This document shows positions 24,230 through 36,313 of a stretch of DNA of 64,000 nt, piece after piece. The notes beneath the pieces are model-generated. The model had not been told where the DNA came from and did no database searches. It saw only the letters and a program-made list of their open reading frames with translations. The position numbers were made by a program, and so were the translations under genes. Positions within the stretch are counted from its first letter, which is position 1; each line of letters starts with the position of its first letter. The stretch comes from Utricularia gibba (taxonomy: Eukaryota; Plantae; Magnoliophyta), in assembly GCA_002189035.1 (NCBI GenBank), contig NEEC01000004.1, positions 1,922,001 to 1,986,000 on the forward strand, in the 5' to 3' direction.

Positions 24230-26560
24230 TTACAAACTTAGAAGAAATTGCAGTTGAATATAGAAAAAATATTGATGACAACAATGATGATAAGTGACCT
24301 TTATGGGCATATGTTGAAAAAGAAAAGAAGGGGATAAAAGTGGAAATTCAACCAAAGTGTTATTTGTGATCTATGGTTTTCAGAGGATCCTATTCTAAAG
24401 TAAAAGCACTTTTGCTGAAGTTACCTTGCAACAGGATTTCAATTTGCAAAAAAACTACAGGACCTCAAATTGAAGAACTAAAAAAGATGGAGGAAGAAGT
24501 TGTGAAAAAGAGGCAAATATCCAGAACTAGTACAATCGAAATTTATAGTAGCTCACCTACAACTCAAACATCTTTTAATTTTCATTTATCACTATCTAGT
24601 TACTTGGGAGTACATAAAAGAAAGACATTCACGCAATTGAAGATAGATGATGTTTTTAATACAATAATATTAAATGCAGAACAATTGGATATCATTATTG
24701 CCAGAATGTTTTACTCAATAAGCCTTCCATTTTATCTTGAAAAGAATTCGTACTATGTTGAGGTTTTTTCTATTGCAGCATCAAGAACAATTCTAGGTGA
24801 ATTATAACTTTTTTGAAACAATATATTTTATCTTATATGTTTTTTATTATATTAATCTTTTGGACTACTCTTTTAAAAAATGAAAGAGCACGAATTGAAA
24901 AAGCATTGACCACTACACAAAGTACTTAGAACTCTGTAGGAGTAATCTTGACATGTGATGGATGGACCGATCTACAAAGAAGGCTTTTGATAAATTTCAT
25001 AGCTTTAAATGAGTGTGGAGCAATGTTCATTAATGCTGTGAATTGTGAATCAAAATTCAAGAATAGTGAGTATATTGCTTCGTTAATTGACGATACTATT
25101 AAACAAATTGATCCATCAAGGATAATACAAGTTATTATGGACAAGGCCAAGGTGTGTATGACTGCTAGTTGAATTATTGAGAGAAAATATCATAAGGTTT
25201 TGTTTATTTTATTAATTTTTATTTGATTTGATGATTTGTTTTAATATTTTTTACTTTTGTTTTGTAAATCAGTTGTATTGTTTTTCTTTTTCAGATCTTT
25301 TGGACTACTTGTATTGTACATACTTTAAATCTTATTCTCAAAGATATTTGTGCACCAAAAAAAAAGGTTCCAATCAGGTATGATGATTGCAAATGGATTT
25401 CTAATGTCATGAGTAGAATGATGATGATTGAGCATTTTATTGCTAATCATTGCATGAGGATGTTCTTGTTCAAGAAATATTCAAAGTTTAAACTTTTGAA
25501 TATTGGTGAAATAAGGTTTCAATTGTAATTATTATTAGAAGACTTGTTTTGCTTAAAAAAGAGCTGAAGGCTTTTGTGATTAGTAAGGATTGGTGCGAGT
25601 ATCAAAATGATAATATTGTGAAAGCTAGAGAAGTGGGAGAAATTTTGATGAATTATTCTTTTTGGGATTCTATTGAGCATATACTCTCTTTCACAAATCC
25701 TATTTATGAGATGTTGAGATTATGTGATACAAATGAAGCAAATTTGCATCTGGTTATTGGCATGTGGGACTCTGTTTGTATGAAAGTTAAGAAAGCAATA
25801 TACACTTATGAGCAGAAGCATTCAAATAAGGAATATTTCTTTTGGCATGTTGTGGAGTTGGTGCTATTAAAAAGAAGAGATTATAGTTTAACACGATTGC
25901 ATGCATTGGCTCAAACTTTGAATCCAAAGTATGCTTTGAATATTCAAACTTATATTTAATAGATATGTTTAAAGTTGTTTAAAAATTAAGGATAACTTTG
26001 TTTGATATTATGATAATCTTTTTTTATAGAGTTTATACAGAAGAATGGAAGAATGAGCATCCTTAATTTCTAGATGCCACAAAAGATAAAGAACTAACAC
26101 GTTCAAAACAAGAATTTGTTGAGCATTATTTCCCTACTCCGGGAAAACGATTGGATGCATATGGTGAGATTGCTAACTTTGTGGCTTGCTTATCTGATTT
26201 TGGTACCACTTATGTCATGATTGGAAGGTTAAAGATGAAAGCAATTGTGTGATGGGTTACTTTTGGAATAGAAACACCTATCATTCAAGTCGTAGCAATG
26301 AAAATACTTGATCATGTTTCATTTTCTTCAGCTTGTGAGAGAAATTGGAACATCTACAAGTTCATACCTTCAGCAAAAAAACACAAATTAGCAGATGAAA
26401 GATCTGAAGATCTTATGTTTATTTACAGTAATTTGTGTCTTTTATCAAGATTTTCAGATAAGTATCATGTTGGTGAAAGCAAATTGTGGGATATTATGGA
26501 AGATGTATTTGAAGCCAGTTATGTTGATATTTTGGAGAATGTATTATGAAAGTGAATTTG
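24230..26560 (+). pseudogene. hAT transposase pseudogene (BED finger, DUF659-like core, hATC dimerisation domain)
   Basis: PLWAYV...KCYL...GSYSKVKALLL; TCDGWTD..RRLLINFIA...IIQVIMD; IFWTTCIVHTLNL; SSACERNWNIYKFI...KL.DERSEDLMFIYSNL. Many stops and frameshifts. Confidence 0.85.
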
Positions 26561-27949
26561 AAATGGAGTAATTGGAGTTGAATGTTCAAGCAAATGTGAG
26601 TGGATATTGAAAGATTTAATATAGAAAAAAATAGTATAATTTTGTTATGTATTTGATCATTTTAAAGTTACTTTTTAATTAAGCATATTTTAATTATTGA
26701 TTTTTAATAAGATTTTGTTTTTTATATTCATAAAATAATAAAAATAATAAATTTTAAATAAAATGTATTTGAAATGTACCCTAATATCAATTAATTACAT
26801 ATTTGATCTAAAAATTATGTATTTAGAATATAACCGACTCAAAAATTTTTATAACAGTACATAACGGGCCCATATAATTTTGTGAATAGGCATATTTGAT
26901 CCATAAGTTTTGTGAATTGGCATATTTGACCTACGAATTTTTATTACTATAAAATACACTCATTTAATAATGATAAATTTGACATGTTTCAATTTTGACA
27001 TATTTGACCCACATAATTTACCGGTTCAATATATTTGACCCACACAATTAAACCCGGTTTAATAATATTATTATTTTAATTAAATTATTAAAAAAATAAA
27101 TTTTTTATATTTGAAAATTCCCCCAAATCGATTAACATGTGAATTGAATGAATTTCCCTAAGAATTACCCTAAATCATTCATTTCCTTAGCTCCAGTATT
27201 TTTTCCTTCTTGTTCTGGGTGAATTTCGTATGGAATCTTTTTCCGCTATCGGAGCTGAATAGCATTGTGGCGGCGGGGTTGCAAAGGGCGGAAGCTACGG
27301 TGCTGTTTTCTGGCAGTGAACCCAATAAGAAAGGTATTGCTAGCTTATGCACAAAATTCTTATTCACTGATATTGGATATACTATTCTTTTCAAATCTAG
27401 TAGACGAACAATCATGTCAATATTTTTCTTTTATCTACTCTTCTTTTTTCTTAGGAACTATGGGCACTTTTCAGCTTCTGCTGTCCTGATTTGCTTGGTG
27501 ACAAGAAAGAGCAATCCATTTGACTTTTCCGATTTCCCCTTGCTGAGTTATGCTACTTTCGTTTTTTTAATTAATTGTTCTTAAGGTTTAAGGAAAAATT
27601 TGAGAACTTCATTAATCGAGGGAATGAGAAGAATGCCTCTGATCGAGAAAAGTATATTGCTTCTTCAATAGCGAAAGTGAGTTTATTTAGGTTTTTCATC
27701 CATTTTTTCTTAGTAAATTAGTGCAGCTTGAGTTTGAACAAGATAGTTTTTCTAAACTGTCTACATTTTGTTCTAATTATGTATGATATAGTATTCAAAC
27801 TGATATTTTTTTAATGAAATATGAAGTTTAAAAAGTACATATAACTTTAATAATTTGTTTTTGCTGAAGCGTGTCTGGTTTTAATAGCAGAGTAGCCATT
27901 AATAGCAAAGTAGTTCTTATTGTTGATTTCTTAGTTGATTTATTTGTAG

Positions 27950-28535
27950 ATATGGATACTCACATGAAGTATGAAAGAGACTTCGAATTAGACTACGAGA
28001 GTGAGGACGAAGACTGTGAAATTCTCGATGACCAATTCCCCATCGAGAATGATGATTATGGACTATCTTTGCAAGTTCCCGTATCTAAAGGAGTACAATT
28101 GGAAGGTCCTCGCAATGAAACAAGTGAAGGGCCTTTGAACATTGTTAGAACGGAAAGCGGTAGTATTCGAATACAAGAACTTTTATAAGTATAATTTGTT
28201 TTGATTATATTGTATTATTATCATTATTATTATTTAAATTATGTTTTATTTATAGGGAAGGGATAATCTTTGAATTGAAAGCCGAGGCGAAAGATGCACT
28301 TGAAGAATATTGTGTGCGGAAAGGAATCCAATTCTGGTTTGAGAAGAATGATAAGTATCGTTTAATTGCTCGTTGTAGAGGTAGTGAAGGGGTAACATGC
28401 CCATGGAAGGTGTATATGAAGGTAACATTGATGATAACTTGGAGTGTTTATGAAGTTACTCCACATAGAGACCATTGTCGGCCACATGTGAACAACAAAT
28501 CAGTAAATGCGCGTTGGCTTGACAATGTCATGTGA
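27950..28535 (+). pseudogene. MuDR transposase N-terminal fragment
   Basis: Acidic N-terminal segment, then KAEAKDALEEYCVRKGIQFWFEKNDKYRLIARC...CPWKVY...H.C...NKSVNARWL (MuDR DNA-binding domain pattern). Ends abruptly. Confidence 0.75.
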
Positions 28536-28590
28536 CCCACGCCCGTGTGCCATACCAAGGACATGGGCGTGGGTCACATGACATTGTCAA
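28519..28590. repeat. 30-bp inverted repeat with a 12-nt loop
   Basis: TTGACAATGTCATGTGACCCACGCCCGTGT / ACATGGGCGTGGGTCACATGACATTGTCAA, one mismatch. Confidence 0.9.
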
Positions 28591-29175
28591 TGGGTCCGTG
28601 TTGTATTTGACTATATACGTGTATAGTTTAATATTGTAGTATTAAATGAATATAAAATATTTATATCTATGTTAAATGTACAAAATAAAATTGAAAACTT
28701 AACTGATTTGATTTTTAATGAATAAATCAAACCTTGATCTCCGTTTGATTGATCTTTTCCAAATATCTCACATCATGCCTCATACATTGGGAACGATTTA
28801 TCCTTTAGTGCAGAAAACTTCGGCTTGTCATGCTGCAAAACAAAGGTAAACTTGGTAGTTTGTTTATGGTTAAGTATCTAATATGATTATAAACATAATA
28901 TTTGTACCTTTTAGGAGGATGAACAAAATGCTTCTAGCAAGAGAAGACATGAAGGAAATTTTGGGATAGATACATCATTTTCTCGGATAAAGTCACATGA
29001 TAGGGTAATTTTACATAAAATTTCTTATAAAAGTTTTTCACATTTAACACATTTATATACACAGGAGACACATGAACCTTCAAAAGGAATCACTTCTAAG
29101 GTGACGACATATCAAAAGAAAAAAGCTAGCATGTGTGGGCTGGAATAAGATATCTCATGAGTTGTTTGGTGGATA

Positions 29176-30240
29176 TATATTCGATCCTTGGTTATAATTC
29201 AGATCATATTTACTATTTTTTTATTTAAATATTTTTATTAACATTTGATTCTTAAGTATAATTCAGATTAAGCATATATTTTCAATTTTAATATTTTAAT
29301 TAGTATTCGATCCTTAGGTATGATTCTGATCAAACGAATATTTTTTATTTTAATATTTTTATTAGCAGTCGATCCTTAAGTATACTATGGATCAAGTGTA
29401 TATTCATTTATTTTAAATCTTAATTAGCATTCGACCTTTAGAAGCAATTTAGATCGTGTATACATGACAAGGACACACGGGCGTGGGTTGTGTATAAACC
29501 ACGCCCGTGTACATTCCCAGCAGCACCACAAGGCCACACGGGCGTGGTTTACGCCCGTACACACACGCAGCAGCATGACAACACCACACAGGCGAGGTTT
29601 ATGCGTAAACCATGCCTGTGTGCACATGCAATAGCCACAAGGCCATACGAGTGTGGTTTATATGTGGTTTACATATAAACCATGCATGTATGCACACGCA
29701 GCAGCACACAAGGCCACACGGGCGTGGTTTACGCCCGTACACACACGCAGCAGCATGACAATGCCACATAGGCATGGTTTATGCACAACCCATGCCCGTG
29801 TTCCCTTGTCATGTATACACGATCTAAATTGCTCCTTAGGGTCGAACGCTAATTAAGACTTAAAATAAATGAATACGCACTCGATCCAAAGTATACCTAA
29901 GGATCAAATGCTAATAAAAATATTAAAATAAAAAATATACGTTCGATTCGAATCATATCTAAGGATCGAATTCTAATAAAAATATTACAATAATAAATAC
30001 ATGCTCGATCTCGAATCATACATAAGGATCGAATGCTAATAACAATATTAAAATAAAAAATATACGCTCGATCTGAATCATATCTAAGGATCAAATGCTA
30101 ATAAAAATATTAAAATAAAAAATATACACTCGATTCGAATCATAATTAAGGATCGAATGCTAATTAAAATGATTAAAGTAAAAATACACACTCCATCGAA
30201 AGTATAACTAAGGATCGAATGCTAATAAAATTAAAAACTA
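29176..30240. repeat. Foldback: inverted arms built from 62-bp tandem units around a GC-rich core
   Basis: Right-arm AAGGATC at 29899, 29961, 30024, 30086, 30148 and 30210. Left-arm GAT(C/T)CTT at 29183, 29247, 29309 and 29371. The core has a 53-bp direct repeat (29528-29580, 29708-29760). Confidence 0.85.
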
Positions 30241-32015
30241 AGAAACTTTCATATTTATTATATGATTTAATAAATGACATATTTACATTATTTATATTTT
30301 AATAAACATATATAATATGATTATAAAAATATATTTTTTGTAATTGTTGGATTTGACATGTTCTCGCATGCTTAGAAATAAATATAATTTATAAAAATGC
30401 TAATAATAATCTGAAGTTTACTTTGCAACGACATCACGGGTTCGAATCGTAGTGGATTGACCCAATGGATATTCGGATTGATTGTTGTGCCCATGTCTAC
30501 AAGGCATTTATCGATCAACATTTATTTTAAAAAGTATTTAATTTTTTTAAAATTTTGATAATTTTATATGTTAATTATGCCAATTCGATAAACTTATTGG
30601 GTTAATTATGTTAATTTGTCACACTTTATGGGTTAAATATGTAGATTTAAAGAACTTTAAGGGTCAACAATATCAATTTATTAAACTATAAGGGTCAAAT
30701 ATGTCAAAATATTGGGTTAAATATACTAAATGAACACTATACATGGGACCAATAGTAAACTTATTGGGTTAAACGGACTCCATTGTAAAGTTATATAACT
30801 CTTCGTTGGATCAAATATGCCCTATTATAATACTGTATTGGTCAAATATGTCATGCAACAAATTTTTTAAAAGTTAAATATGTTATTTTATAAATATTTT
30901 GGGTCACATATGCGGAATTGGTACTGGTTCAAATCAAATATGTTAAATCGGTCATTTTGTTATGAGTAAAAAATGTCAAATTTTCAAAATTTTAGGTCAC
31001 AAATGACATCACCCCACCCTAGTATGGTACTTATAAATTTGTCGTATCCTAAAGATAAATTATTAATATAACAAGATAAATGATTTAATATTAATAATTC
31101 CAAGATAATATGCCACACTTTTATGACTCCGTGCGATGATTTCAACACAAGGTTGGTGTGTTGTTCCTTACAAAAGAGTCAAAGCATTTTTTTTTTTTTA
31201 GTTCATTCTTGAGTGCAATTTGTACCAATCCAGTTAGGTAAAAAAAAATCAAAGTTTGGTGTATAAATTTAATGTTGGGACGAGGGGTGTTCTAATTTGA
31301 TCATGATTCGATATTCATTTCTTTTAATTTCTTTCTTCGCTTATCCATCACATCCGTTGATGAATGTCAGGATAAGAGGCCTCTTGCCGGGCCCATTCTG
31401 CTGTGCATTTATCACAGTTTTCTTTCGGTATATCAACACTTCACCCAAAAACATGAAGTAAAAAGAGATAAATGCAGGAATGATGGATTAAGAATAACCC
31501 TAGGATGATGGAAACCGTCAGATACTTTCAAAAAAACAAAAAAGGTTTCAGGGTGGCCGATTCAACAATTTCTCGTCCAAAATGGTGGGCGGCGGCGGGT
31601 GAGCATCAACCCGAGTAGCGTTGAGAGTTGGGAGCCATGGAAGTCTGCTAAATGCTATTTATGACATAATATGTCTTCTCCATTATGAAACATATATTGT
31701 TATAATATTGTGTCACTGATGATATTGCGTCCCATTTTCTCCTCTTTTAATCGTGTGTCTGCATAATAAAACATCAGCGCTAGAGTGGGTAATCAGTGCT
31801 TACAAGGTGTGTCTGCGTGCTAGCAGAAATTTCGTTTCTGGGTAGCTTGACTGGACTTTTCTGTATCATCATTAGATGACTTGTGTACGACAACAGACGC
31901 CCGTCACCTTACGGTGCTTCCTTTTCATTACATAAACCACTCACTTATCACAAGTCTCTCCACTACCAAGCCACACATAACACACCCACGCACACCCAGA
32001 GAGAGAGAGGAAGCC

Positions 32016-35000
32016 ATGTGGAAGCTGAAGATAGCGGAAGGGAAAGATTCGCCTTATCTATACAGCACAAACGGGTTCGTGGGAAGACAGATCTGGGAGT
32101 TCGATCCTGAGGCCGGGACGCCGGAGGAACGGGAAGCTTTTGAGGATGCTCGCCGGAAGTTTCAAGAGAATAGGAAGCATGGGTTTCATTCATGCGGTGA
32201 TATGTTCACGAGAATCCAGGTGCTTGATTGGAAGGAGAGGCTACTTGGTGAATTTGGGATCCAGTATTTTGGTTACCAATTGCGTTTCCACGTTTGCAGC
32301 TGAAGAAGGAGAGCGGGATTGATCTACTGAGCTTGCCGCCTGCGAGAGTCGGAGAAAACGAGGCCGTCAGCTACGAAACGGCGACGGTGGCCGTGAGGAA
32401 AGCATTGCGTCTTAATCGCGCTATTCAGGCGGTGGACGGTCATTGGCCGGCAGAGAACGCCGGCCCAATGTTCTTCACACCACCCCTGGTACGTGGCAGC
32501 TCGAAGGATACCCTTCTCCTTTCATTTTTTTTTTTTAAACAAACTTAATTATCCTGTAATTTCCACTTTTTTTTTTGTTGTACAGATAATCGCACTGTAC
32601 ATAGGTGGAGCCATTAATGCAACTTTAACTTACGAACACAAAAAGGAGATGATCCGTTACATCCTCAATCATCAGGTATTTTTTCTAAATTAAGTTCTGA
32701 TTAATTCTTTAATTAACCTAATTATCTTTCCAAATCATGTAACACATTTGTGATTGTGATATGACAGAACGGGGATGGAGGATGGGGATTTTACATAGAG
32801 GGGCATAGCACCATGATCGGATCAGCCCTCAGTTATGTCGCACTAAGGTTACTAGGATTGGGGCCGGATGATGCGGACGGTGCCGTCGCCAAGGGCCGGA
32901 AATGGATCCTCAACCACGGTGGAGCCACCGGGATTCCTTCCTGGGGAAAAACATACCTTTCGGTAATTTCATTCCGCTTGTAGGTATTTGTTTGTACGTT
33001 TCATGGGTTGCTAAAACTATATTTGACCAGGTACTTGGAGTGTACGACTGGGATGGGTGCAACCCTCTTCCACCAGAGTTCTGGCTGTTCCCTTCAGTTC
33101 TTCCTTATCATCCGGGTATGATTCTTCTACAGGGAAAACTACAACGAAGCTTTGTTTGCCTGATCCCATTCTAATCAGTAGTTTGAATACAAAAATGCAG
33201 CAAAAATGTGGTGCTATTGTCGTACAACATACATGCCAATGTCGTATTTGTATGGAAGGAAGTTCCATGGTCCTCTGACGGACCTGGTCATGTCCCTCAG
33301 ACAAGAGATCCATGTGAGGCCGTACCATCAGATCGATTGGAACAAGGCTCGCCATGATTGCTGCAAGGAGGACGTGTACTTCTCCCACACCTTCGTACAG
33401 GACTTGCTTTGGGATGTTCTTAACTATTGCTCTGAGCCATTCATGAGGCGATGGCCGCTGAATAAGATTCGGCAGAAGGCTCTTGACAAGACAATCAAGC
33501 ACATGCGGTATGGCGCAGAGGAAAGCCGATACATGACCATTGGATGTGTGGAAAAGGTACGTATGTACATGTTGTTTTCAAGATTACAGCAATATGGTTT
33601 CTCTGTGAGGCAGACCACATGAGAGTTTGTTGCAAATTTTGTGTTGCAGTCTCTACAGATGATGTGTTGGTTTGCTCATGATCCAAACTGCGAGGAGTGG
33701 AAGTACCACATTGCAAGAGTTCCTGATTATCTGTGGCTAGCAGAAGATGGCATGACGATGCATGTTAGTTTCACTGATTTTACATCTGCATCAACATCCA
33801 TTCCATTTTCAGTTCTTTGATGGGAAATTTACTTGTTTGAATGAAGAGCTTTGGAAGTCAAGTATGGGACTGCGCACTTGCAACTCAAGCAATAATCGCT
33901 AGTGGGATGACAGAGGAGTATGGTGACTCTCTAAAGAAAGCGCATTTCCACATAAAAGAATCCCAAGTATGAACTTCAATTTGCTTTTTCATTTCACTGT
34001 AGCGTTTGTGAAGGGTGGTTTGATCCTTGGTTGTAATGCAGATAAAAGAAAATCCGAAGGGAGATTTTGAAAGCATGTACCGGCATTTCACAAAGGGAGC
34101 TTGGGCGTTTTCCGATCAGGATCAGGGATGGGTTGTATCTGACTGCACAGCTGAATCACTCAAGGTACTAAACTTCACAAACCCACCATCTCTTCCGAAT
34201 TTAGAAACGCAATAGGGAGAGTCCTCTTTCCCTATGACACTCAATGAGTTGCGCTCTATCTGCTATTTCAGTGTCTGCTTCTGCTATCCCAAATGCCAGA
34301 GGAAATTGCAGGGGAAAAGGCAAAAGTGGAGCGTCTCTATGAAGCTGTAAACGTACTGCTCTACTTGCAAGTAAGCATGGCTGATATACACATCAGGATT
34401 TCTTTAATACCGATGGGTTTGCAACTAATCGAAAACTCCGACGATCATCCAGAGTCCTCTAAGTGGCGGATTTTCGGTATGGGAGCCTCCAATTCCACAG
34501 CCTTACTTGGAGGTAAGCAATCATCACGCCAAGATATCAGAGCCCACGTACTCTGCATTCAATATGCTCATCTCAATGTTTTGATCATTCCTCAGGTGTT
34601 GAATCCATCCGAACTCTTTGCTGACATAGTTGTTGAGCACGAGTAAGATTTCAACTGCGTTCTTTAGTTGTTGAATAAGAAAGATAAATAACACATGTAT
34701 GTGTATGCAGGCATGTAGAACCCACTGCATCCATCATCCAAGCACTGGTATACTTCAAGCGCCAGCATCCCGGACACCGTGAGAAGGAGATTGAGCTCTC
34801 CATTGCAAAAGCAGTACACTTTCTAGAGGAAAAGCAATGGCCTGATGGCTCATGGTGAGCTGTCAGCATACTGTGATCTACTCCACCGATGCATACAGCA
34901 ACAACTCAAATCTGGTTGCGTTGCAGGTACGGCTACTGGGGAATCTGCTTCATCTACGGCACACTCTTCGTGCTTGCAGGACTGGCTTCGGTGGGAAAGA

Positions 35001-35689
35001 CGTACGAGAACAGCGATGCCGTCCGAAAAGCCGCCAACTTCTTCTTGTCCATACAAAACGAAGAAGGTGGATGGGGAGAATCCCTCGAGTCCTGTCCCTC
35101 TATGGTACCCACTATACATACTTATTCATTACAATGGGATGATTGGCGGCCAGATTGCGTTCTTACAAGCTTTCCATTGTTGCAGAAATACACTCCTCTA
35201 GAAGGAAATCGGACCAACTTGGTCCAAACATCCTGGGCCATGCTCGGACTTATGCTTACCGGACAGGTTCGTTATACGGCACCTAAAATAAAAGTGAAAT
35301 CTTCTAAGTTTGAATGATCCACTCATTTCCACCAATCTCATCTTTAATGCATATACGATATATGGTCGCATTTCTTACAAACGGGATCTGTGCTTCCCTT
35401 TTAGATGGAAAGAGACCCAAAGCCACTGCACAGAGCAGCCAAGTTGCTGATCAATGCGCAAATGGAGGATGGCGATTTCCCTCAGCGGGTGAAGCTTAAA
35501 ACACACATCTTTCCAGAAACAAAAAACCAAGTTTATGCAATGCTTTATACATCATATGACATGCTTTCGCAGGAAATCACGGGAGTGTACATGAAGAACT
35601 GCATGCTCCATTACGCTCTACACCGGACCATTTTCCCATTATGGGCGTTGGGGGAATACAGGAAGCGAGCATGGCCAGGCCAGATCTAG
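32016..35689 (+). CDS. OSC: Oxidosqualene cyclase copy 2, open frame, 761 aa, with Cys565Pro
   Basis: Exons 32016-32219, 32300-32488, 32586-32675, 32768-32962, 33031-33115, 33201-33556, 33650-33763, 33847-33966, 34042-34164, 34272-34370, 34453-34512, 34596-34642, 34711-34854, 34927-35104, 35186-35266, 35405-35488, 35573-35689. All GT-AG. MWCYCR and SDCTAE intact. Confidence 0.95.
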
Positions 35690-35847
35690 AACCCCTCACA
35701 CGAAAATGTTGATAATGGCCATCAAATGTGTTCACCTGTTTTTATATATTTATTATACACCAAACATCCAAATCATATGAGCTAACATGGTTTTCTTAGC
35801 ACAATATCATCAAACCTTTTTACAGGCATTTTTTGAGTCACAATGCT

Positions 35848-35980
35848 CACCGTAAACTTAAAGGGGTTCGCCACATTGAGTAATTACTTTGAGATTTGAT
35901 GACGAAGAGAGGAGGCCATCCTCAGGGTATATAGCATTTGATGGAGGTGAAGTGAATGATGTCTTGCAGTGCACGATGTG
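35848..35980 (+). repeat. Tail of the OSC duplication unit, homologous to 54582-54800
   Basis: Shared CACCGTAAACTTAAAGGGG...GATTTGATGACGAAGAGAGGAGG...GCACGATGTG. Confidence 0.8.
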
Positions 35981-36313
35981 CAACAAAAATCATGGAATTA
36001 TCATCCTCCCCACACATTAAATTAAAAAATTAATATTAGATGTCATTTTTATTACATATATTTATATTACGACATCAGCAATTTTCGAAATAATGTTTAA
36101 TGACGTCAACTTCTAGATTTATTTTAAATACTTATACCAAGCTTAGTGATTTATCATATGCTAAAATATATAAGAGAATGATGACCAAGTTACCTTTGTG
36201 GTAAAAAGGTAACTAATTGGATATGATGCCTTTATATAATTGAAATAATTAAGATATAAATTTAACTTCGATACTAAGAATTGATTTATATTGAAAGATA
36301 ATATTATATTTTA

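Larger units (their letters stand above)
26787..31015. mobile_element. Mutator-like element (MULE), deleted derivative
   Basis: Inverted arrays of CATATTTGACC (26790-27050) and GGTCAAATATG (30600-31015). Candidate 9-bp TSD ACCCTAATA (26778-26786) / ACCCTAGTA (31016-31024). Internal MuDR fragment. Confidence 0.6.

Noticed and set aside
29176-30240. Regularly spaced repeats resembling a CRISPR array
   Set aside because: The units are contiguous 62-bp tandem repeats without unique spacers, in a plant TE context with no cas genes.
30447-30458. GGGTTCGAATC, a tRNA T-loop/B-box-like motif
   Set aside because: No cloverleaf or A-box context was found.
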